A program made the translations under genes and the position numbers. From contig CAZCDC010000002.1 in the NCBI GenBank assembly GCA_964497195.1, positions 2,969-66,968 of the forward strand: a stretch of 64,000 nucleotides of DNA. Reading direction: 5' to 3'. Below are positions 58,015 to 64,000 of the stretch, in pieces; the stretch's first letter is position 1, and each line of letters starts with the position of its first letter. Under the pieces are notes generated by a model. The model did no database searches. It saw only the letters and a list, made by a program, of their open reading frames with translations, and was not told where the DNA came from. This DNA comes from an uncultured Rhodobacterales bacterium. Its GTDB lineage: Bacteria > Pseudomonadota > Alphaproteobacteria > Rhodobacterales > Rhodobacteraceae.

Positions 58015-59514
58015 ATGGCGAAATTACCCAAGGCAAAAGTCGAACGCATTCAAGACATGCTGAACAATCTGATGAATCCCAGCCCACCGCTGGAATTAGA
58101 CGGATTATTTGGCAAAAAAACCGCAGAGGTGTTGAAGCAGCTGCAATATATCGCAAATATCAAACAATCTGGCAAAGTGGATGCAGAAACTGCGGTGGTT
58201 ATCGCGCGGGTTATGAAAACTGGCAAAATTGAGAAAGAACAGCCAGCGGTTTACCTTAAAATCAACGGTAAACAGGTTGGGTATACGCAAAAACAATACG
58301 ATAAAATCCATAAAGACATCGTTGCTAAGCTAAAAGCCGGGCCAGCACTTAAGATCCGTCAAAATGCAAACGCAGCAAGAGCCATTTGGAATCATTTCAA
58401 CAAAATGAACAGTGATCAGTGGTTTGTAAGTTGGTGTATTGAGGCCACTCGCGGCGCAGATTTGCCAAGCGCATCAGTGATTACCAAAGCCTTGAAAGCT
58501 TCTCAAAAAATTGACGGGCATTTGAATTCCGGGAATCTCGGGAAATTTAATGCGGATTTCCCTAATGCAGAAATATTGGCCAATGAGGCTGCTTCGCAGA
58601 TGTATGCCTATCAACATACCATGATTGATGGCGGCGAAAACTGGGTGATGGGGCTTCAATTCACCAAAGCTGCGTCTTTTACGTTTGTGTCGATTTTCGC
58701 CGCGCCCGTTGCCGCATCCGCGCTTGGCACCGGCGCGCTTGCCTCTGCGGTTGTGGGCAACGCGGCGGTTGCCATCACGCAATCAGCGGCCGGTGAGTTG
58801 GGCAATTTTGCTGCTGACAAAAAAGATTGGACGCCAAGTGGCGCGTTGGCCAATGTAATGATCGACGGCGGAGTGGGCGCAATTTTGGGTGTTTTTGCCA
58901 AAGGCGGCTCCGGTGGGAAATATGTTTTTGAGACCGCAGTGAAAAAGCTCGGGCCAAAGATCGCTGCTGAACAAGGCTTCAAATTTCTCAGCAAAAATAC
59001 GTTAAAAAGCGTATCGGTTTATTTGATAACCGAAGGCGGAAAAGGCGCGCTTGAGGGCGCGGTCAAGGACGCCGGCCAAGCCGCCAAAAAAGACCCTAAA
59101 ATGAACGGCGACAAATTTGTTGAAAACCTTGTGGTGAATTTTGCAAAAGGCGTTGCCTTGGGCAAAATCGGCAGTGTTATCGGCAAATTCGGTTCTGGGA
59201 AAATTCCCAAAAAGATTGACGATAAAATCTGGATTCAAGCGCTTAAATCACTTTCGAAATCATCCAAAGGTAAGTCATTTACGATGGATGATATTGACAA
59301 CAAAACCAAAGAAATGATTGTCAAAATGATTGAGGACGCTTCTAAAAAGGCCATAGATGAGGGGGTGCAAAAGGTATTTTCAATGATGAAGGGCGCAGTC
59401 AATGCCAGCACGGTTGAGAAAAAGCTGGAGGCGGAGTTGTTTTCAGATCAACGCATGAAAGAATACATTGCGATTGCAACCAAGGAGCTGAAAAAAGCCC
59501 AGAAGAAGAAATAA
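58015..59514 (+). CDS. hypothetical protein with an N-terminal peptidoglycan-binding-like (PG_binding_1-type) motif, a Gly/Ala-rich hydrophobic core and a Lys-rich C-terminus
   Basis: LELDGLFGKKTAEVLKQLQ matches the LxxDGxFGxxTxxAvxxFQ pattern. Residues ~225-310 are Gly/Ala-rich and hydrophobic (AAPVAASALGTGALASAVVGNAAVAI...IDGGVGAILGVFAKGGSGG). No signal peptide is visible. GC looks lower than in the neighbours. Confidence 0.6.
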   Translation: MAKLPKAKVERIQDMLNNLMNPSPPLELDGLFGKKTAEVLKQLQYIANIKQSGKVDAETAVVIARVMKTGKIEKEQPAVYLKINGKQVGYTQKQYDKIHKDIVAKLKAGPALKIRQNANAARAIWNHFNKMNSDQWFVSWCIEATRGADLPSASVITKALKASQKIDGHLNSGNLGKFNADFPNAEILANEAASQMYAYQHTMIDGGENWVMGLQFTKAASFTFVSIFAAPVAASALGTGALASAVVGNAAVAITQSAAGELGNFAADKKDWTPSGALANVMIDGGVGAILGVFAKGGSGGKYVFETAVKKLGPKIAAEQGFKFLSKNTLKSVSVYLITEGGKGALEGAVKDAGQAAKKDPKMNGDKFVENLVVNFAKGVALGKIGSVIGKFGSGKIPKKIDDKIWIQALKSLSKSSKGKSFTMDDIDNKTKEMIVKMIEDASKKAIDEGVQKVFSMMKGAVNASTVEKKLEAELFSDQRMKEYIAIATKELKKAQKKK

Positions 59515-59522
59515 AAACCAAT

Positions 59523-59597
59523 TGGAGCGGGCGATGAGATTCGAACTCACGACATCTTCGTTGGCAACGAAGTGCTCTACCACTGAGCTACGCCCGC
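59523..59597 (-). tRNA. tRNA-Gly (anticodon GCC), CCA encoded
   Basis: The reverse complement GCGGGCGTAGCTCAGTGGTAGAGCACTTCGTTGCCAACGAAGATGTCGTGAGTTCGAATCTCATCGCCCGCTCCA folds by hand into a cloverleaf. It has a 7-bp acceptor stem, GCTC/GAGC D stem, CTTCG/CGAAG anticodon stem with loop TTGCCAA, and a T arm with TTCGAAT. Confidence 0.96.
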
Positions 59598-60040
59598 ATC
59601 CTGCTGGTGAGGCGGAGTTATACGGATTGGCAAAAAATTCACAAGAGGAAAATCCAGTTTTTCCGGAATAAAATTCCGGACAAGGTTTGGGGAAATGAAA
59701 AGCAGGAAAATGGCGGTTTTTCAAATTTTAGCCTAAAAAAACCACGGCTGATAAATCTGTTTTCAAACGGTTCCGCGCCGCATTCTGGCACAGGCATTAC
59801 GCACTTAACAGTTGGCAAACTGTATTTCACCCAGAGATTATAATTCGACATAGGCAGCGATAAAATCGCGCGGACTCTAATTTTCGAACCAAAGATTTAC
59901 GAGCGCGCTTTTGAGGCACAAAAAGTGGCACTCCCGCCCTTTGGTTGGGCATGGCCTCGCTACGCTCGGCAGTGACGGGGGCTTTTCAGTCCCCTCGTGC
60001 TATCGCACTCCCCCTGAGGGTAAATCAAGGCAAGACAAGG

Positions 60041-63000
60041 CTATGCCAATTCCAGCAATAAATCCTTGGCATCCACCTGCGACCCTGCCGTTACATGCAC
60101 AGCCTTAATCACCCCGTCGCGGTCTGCATGAATGCCCGTCTCCATTTTCATGGCTTCAATCGTTAACAGCAAATCCCCCTCAAAGACCTCCTGCCCCGCC
60201 GTTACTGCCACTGTCGAAATCAGGCCCGGCATCGGCGCGCCGATATGATTGGAATTGCCTGCTTCAGCCTTTTGGCGCTTGGCAGTTGTGGCGGCCACTT
60301 TGCGGTTTGGCACACGAATGTTGCGCGGCTGGCCGTTTAGCTCAAAAAATACCTTGGCGTTGCCATCCTCATTAGTTTCACCAATAGCTTGCAGGCGAAT
60401 TTCAAGGGTTTTGCCCGGGTCGATCTCAACGCTGATTTCATCGCCGGGCTTCATGCCATAGAAAAACGTGTGGGTTGGCAAGGTGCGCACCGGGCCATAA
60501 TCACGGTGGCGGCCCATATAATCCATAAATACTTTGGGATACATAAGATATCCACACAAGTCTTCGTCGTCGATCTTGAAACCCTGAAGCTGACTGGAGA
60601 TTTCAGCGCGGATGGCTTCCAAATCCGCCGGTTCCATTGATAATCCGGGGCGGTCTGTATTTGGTGTTTCGCCTTTTAACACTTTGTTGACAAACGCTGG
60701 CGGAAAGCCCCCCGGAGGTTGGCCCAGATTGCCCTGCATCATATCAATGACCGAATCCGGGAACGAAACATCCATGTCGGGGTCTTCGACCTCGGCGCGC
60801 GTAATGCCCTGCGAAACCATCATCAGGGTCATATCGCCAACCACTTTGCTGGAGGGCGTGACTTTGACAATATCGCCAAACATCTGGTTTACATCCGCAT
60901 AGGTTTGGGCGACCTCGTGCCAGCGGTCTTCCAGCCCCATGCTGCGCGCTTGCGCTTTAAGGTTGGTGAATTGCCCACCGGGCATTTCGTGTAGATACAC
61001 CTCGGATGCGGGGGCTTTGGTGCCGGATTCAAAGGCGGCATATTGGCTGCGCACGGCCTCCCAGTAATCCGATATTTGGCGGATGGCTTTGATATCAAGG
61101 CCGGTGTTGCGCTCGGTATGGTTCAGGGCCTCAACGACAGAGCCAAGGCAGGGCTGCGAGGTGCCGCCCGAAAACGCATCCATGGCCAGATCAACCGCAT
61201 CAACACCAGCCTCGGCCGCCGCCAAAATAGTGCCGGCTGCGATGCCGCTGGTATCGTGGGTATGAAAATGGATCGGCAGGCCGACCTCCTCTTTAAGCGC
61301 TTTGACCAGCACCCGCGCGGCGGCTGGTTTTAACAAGCCCGCCATGTCTTTGAGGCCCAAAATATGCGCGCCGGCGGCTTTTAGGTCTTTGCCCATATCC
61401 ACATAATATTTCAGGTTATATTTGGCACGCTCCGGATCAAGAATATCGCCGGTATAACAAATCGTCCCCTCACAAACCTTGCCGGACTCGTTCACGGCAT
61501 CCATGGCCACGCGCATGTTTTCCACCCAGTTGAGGCTGTCAAAAACCCGAAACACATCCACGCCGGTTTCGGCCGCCTGCGCCACAAATTTCTGCACAAC
61601 ATTATCGGGATAATTGGTATAGCCAACGCCGTTGCTGGCGCGCAGCAACATCTGGGTCATCAGGTTGGGCATACGCGCACGCAAATCCCGCAGCCGCTGC
61701 CACGGGCATTCTTGCAAAAACCGATAAGCCACATCAAAAGTCGCGCCGCCCCAGCATTCCATCGAGAAAAGCTGCGGCAAATTATGGCTATAGCTTTCGG
61801 CCACATTGACCATATCAATTGACCGCATTCGGGTGGCGAGCAGGCTCTGATGAGCATCGCGCATGGTGGTATCGGTAATCAACAGTTGTTTTTGCGCCAG
61901 CATCCAGTCAGCCACGGCTTGCGCGCCTTTTTCCTGCAACAAATTCCGGGTGCCGTAGGGTGCGTGGTCCCCACGCGCCGCTGGTGCAAGCGCCGCGCGC
62001 GCATGGGCCGAGGGCTTTGCCCTGCCGACAGTTTCAGGATGTCCGTTGACGGTAATATCAGCAATATAGGTCAGAATTTTGGTGGCCCGATCGCGGCGTT
62101 TCTTAAAGTTAAACAGCTCGGGCGTATTGTCAATAAAGGTAGTTGTATAGGTATCATTAAGAAATTTCGGGTGTTTTAGCAGGTTTTCAACAAAGGCAAT
62201 ATTGGTGGAAACGCCGCGAATACGAAATTCGCGCAAGGCCCGGTCCATCCGCGCAATCGCCATTTCCGGCGTTGGCGCCCACGCGGTCACCTTTTCCAAA
62301 AGGCTATCGTAATAACGGGTAATTACCGCGCCGGAATAGGCTGTGCCGCCATCAAGGCGAATGCCCATGCCCGTGGCGGCGCGGTAGGCAGTGATGCGGC
62401 CATAATCAGGTATAAAATTGTTTTGCGGGTCTTCGGTGGTCACGCGGCATTGCAAGGCATGGCCGTTAAGCACCACCTCGGCTTGGCTGGCTTTGCCGGT
62501 GGCCTCGGCAATGGTGGCGCCTTGGGCCAGCATGATTTGCGCGCGCACAATGTCAATTCCGGTGACTTCCTCGGTGACCGTATGTTCGACCTGAACCCGC
62601 GGATTTACCTCGATGAAAAAGAATTCTTCGGTATCCATATCCATTAAAAATTCAACCGTGCCTGCGCATTCATAGCCGACATGGGCGCAGATTTTACGGC
62701 CCAACGCACAAAGATTGTCACGTTGTTCTTGCGATAAATAAGGCGCTGGTGCGCGCTCCACCACTTTTTGGTTGCGCCGCTGCACCGAGCAATCCCGCTC
62801 CCACAGGTGATATATCTCGCCGTGGCTATCGCCTAGAATTTGCACCTCGACATGGCGCGCGCGCTGCACCAGCCGCTCCAAAAACCCTTCGCCATTGCCA
62901 AATGCCGCCTCGGCCTCGCGCCGGCCTTCTAGCACCATATCTTCCAAGGTATCCTCAGACATGATCCGGCGCATGCCGCGCCCGCCACCACCCCATGACG

Positions 63001-63484
63001 CCTTAAGCATAAACGGATAGCCAACCTTGGCCGCCATACGGCGCACTTCATTCATATCATCGGGCAAAACGGCTGTGGCGGGCACAACCGGAACCCCTGC
63101 TTCTACCGCAACTTGCCGCGCTGATGCTTTGTCGCCCAGCATCCGCATTGTTGCCGCTTTTGGCCCGATAAACGTAATACCGTTGGCATCACAAGCATCG
63201 ACAAAATCAGGGTTTTCCGACAGCAACCCATAGCCGGGATGAATAGCATCTGCCCCGCATTCCAGCGCCACACGGATAATTTCCTCAATCGACAAATACG
63301 CCGCCACTGGTCCCATGCCTTTGCCGATGCGATAGGCCTCGTCAGACTTAAACCGGTGCAGGCCTAATTTATCCTCCTCCGCATAAACCGCCACGGTGCG
63401 TTTGCCCATTTCATTGGCGGCACGCATAATACGAATGGCGATCTCGCCACGGTTGGCTATCAGGATTTTGGAGAAGTTTTTCAT
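60041..63484 (-). CDS. pyc: pyruvate carboxylase
   Basis: Biotin carboxylase N-terminus ILIANRGEIAIRIMRA, carboxyltransferase HFHTHDTSG and the biotinyl motif EAMKME near the C-terminus. About 1147 aa from the ATG at 63484. Confidence 0.96.
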   Translation of the reverse strand: MKNFSKILIANRGEIAIRIMRAANEMGKRTVAVYAEEDKLGLHRFKSDEAYRIGKGMGPVAAYLSIEEIIRVALECGADAIHPGYGLLSENPDFVDACDANGITFIGPKAATMRMLGDKASARQVAVEAGVPVVPATAVLPDDMNEVRRMAAKVGYPFMLKASWGGGGRGMRRIMSEDTLEDMVLEGRREAEAAFGNGEGFLERLVQRARHVEVQILGDSHGEIYHLWERDCSVQRRNQKVVERAPAPYLSQEQRDNLCALGRKICAHVGYECAGTVEFLMDMDTEEFFFIEVNPRVQVEHTVTEEVTGIDIVRAQIMLAQGATIAEATGKASQAEVVLNGHALQCRVTTEDPQNNFIPDYGRITAYRAATGMGIRLDGGTAYSGAVITRYYDSLLEKVTAWAPTPEMAIARMDRALREFRIRGVSTNIAFVENLLKHPKFLNDTYTTTFIDNTPELFNFKKRRDRATKILTYIADITVNGHPETVGRAKPSAHARAALAPAARGDHAPYGTRNLLQEKGAQAVADWMLAQKQLLITDTTMRDAHQSLLATRMRSIDMVNVAESYSHNLPQLFSMECWGGATFDVAYRFLQECPWQRLRDLRARMPNLMTQMLLRASNGVGYTNYPDNVVQKFVAQAAETGVDVFRVFDSLNWVENMRVAMDAVNESGKVCEGTICYTGDILDPERAKYNLKYYVDMGKDLKAAGAHILGLKDMAGLLKPAAARVLVKALKEEVGLPIHFHTHDTSGIAAGTILAAAEAGVDAVDLAMDAFSGGTSQPCLGSVVEALNHTERNTGLDIKAIRQISDYWEAVRSQYAAFESGTKAPASEVYLHEMPGGQFTNLKAQARSMGLEDRWHEVAQTYADVNQMFGDIVKVTPSSKVVGDMTLMMVSQGITRAEVEDPDMDVSFPDSVIDMMQGNLGQPPGGFPPAFVNKVLKGETPNTDRPGLSMEPADLEAIRAEISSQLQGFKIDDEDLCGYLMYPKVFMDYMGRHRDYGPVRTLPTHTFFYGMKPGDEISVEIDPGKTLEIRLQAIGETNEDGNAKVFFELNGQPRNIRVPNRKVAATTAKRQKAEAGNSNHIGAPMPGLISTVAVTAGQEVFEGDLLLTIEAMKMETGIHADRDGVIKAVHVTAGSQVDAKDLLLELA

Positions 63485-63728
63485 GGTCGAACCTCGAATG
63501 AACAGGGGTTGATATTTACATACCTTTGGCCAGCATATATTGCAATGCACAATGAAATTTGGTTATATTGGAAAACGATTTTCACTTCAGCCTTTGCGGT
63601 ATTTTTCTGCCAACCGAAGAATTGCGTTTTGCCACAACATATTTGGCCGCTAATTTTGGCTATACCGGCTTTAATCTGTTTTATCTGTGGTTTTTTATTA
63701 CCAAATTCAAAGTCCAGCATCAAAAATA

Positions 63729-63743
63729 GAACATTTGCAGAAC
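63729..63743 (+). promoter_or_regulatory. candidate alphaproteobacterial LexA (SOS) box GAAC-N7-GAAC upstream of the UvrD-like helicase gene
   Basis: GAACATTTGCAGAAC ends 40 nt upstream of the ATG at 63784. It matches the direct-repeat GAACN7GAAC/GTTCN7GTTC motif described for alphaproteobacterial LexA. Confidence 0.45.
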
Positions 63744-63783
63744 AACCCTTTTACATTTTCCCGATATATGCTAACCGCAAACC

Positions 63784-64000
63784 ATGAGTGATTTTGATTT
63801 TGATGAGGCCGCTGCATTTGAAGCCGCCCCCCTTTCTGCGCAGGCAATGGCCGCGCGGCCTGCGCATTACATGAAGGGGCTGAACCCCGCCCAAAAGGAT
63901 GCCGTTGAAACATTGGAGGGTCCGGTTTTGATGCTAGCAGGGGCTGGCACGGGTAAAACCAAGGCGCTTACTGCCCGAATTGCGCATTTGCTTAACACTG
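63784..64000 (+). CDS. uvrD: UvrD/Rep-family ATP-dependent DNA helicase (5' part; runs off the window)
   Basis: My own translation from 63784 gives MSDFDFDE...[42 protein letters not shown], covering motif Q and motif I of superfamily-1 UvrD helicases. It is absent from the ORF track because no stop codon falls in the window. Confidence 0.82.
   Translation, partial: MSDFDFDEAAAFEAAPLSAQAMAARPAHYMKGLNPAQKDAVETLEGPVLMLAGAGTGKTKALTARIAHLLNT

Noticed and set aside
57850-59522. A genomic island integrated at tRNA-Gly, tested by looking for a direct repeat of the tRNA 3' end (att-like) and for an integrase.
   Set aside because: I could not find a copy of the tRNA 3' segment in 57850-58014, and there is no integrase or mobility gene. 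Only the compositional oddity and position remain, and these are reported as a finding about the single ORF.
59443-59724. A 93-aa minus-strand ORF downstream of the hypothetical protein, considered as a possible immunity gene.
   Set aside because: It overlaps the tRNA-Gly gene on the same strand, and its translation includes the tRNA sequence. It is spurious.
1-64000. A search for defence or mobile systems: restriction-modification, toxin-antitoxin pairs, CRISPR-Cas, retrons, transposases, phage genes, or secretion-system clusters.
   Set aside because: I could assign no ORF to nuclease, methylase, Cas, reverse-transcriptase, integrase or transposase families. Apart from the two lower-GC loci reported, gene content is core metabolism, envelope and translation.

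Overview
The window is chromosomal and mostly housekeeping, at roughly 50% GC. Protein families and gene order (rpsF-rpsR-rplI, dnaB-alr, radA-cvpA-purF, der/bamB-like/yfgM-like, yajC-secD-secF, pyc) suggest a Rhodobacterales-type alphaproteobacterium. That taxonomic call is inference only. I can support about 55 CDS, one tRNA-Gly(GCC), two intrinsic terminators, two candidate operator sites (a SoxR-type promoter and an alphaproteobacterial LexA box) and two perfect palindromic elements. I see no rRNA, CRISPR array, transposase, integrase or prophage genes, and no recognisable multi-gene defence system. I found no clear-cut new multi-gene system. The best candidates for a second look are: (1) an aldehyde dehydrogenase 6 nt from a YcaQ/AlkZ-type crosslink DNA glycosylase, at the tail of a 7-gene M20-peptidase/peptide-ABC operon; (2) an MlaE-MlaF pair followed by a half-size PqiA-like protein with no MCE protein, separated by a perfect nested 27-bp inverted repeat; (3) an orphan, lower-GC 499-aa protein abutting tRNA-Gly, with a peptidoglycan-binding-like N-terminus, a Gly/Ala-rich hydrophobic core and a Lys-rich tail; (4) a 1820-aa thioester alpha-2-macroglobulin with an N-terminal PAN/Apple-like Cys module, coupled to pbpC; (5) a lower-GC islet encoding a PstS-like/OmpA-like fusion. 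Start codons were re-picked by eye from RBS context where the ORF track looked over-extended. All functional calls rest on motif recognition, not database searches.
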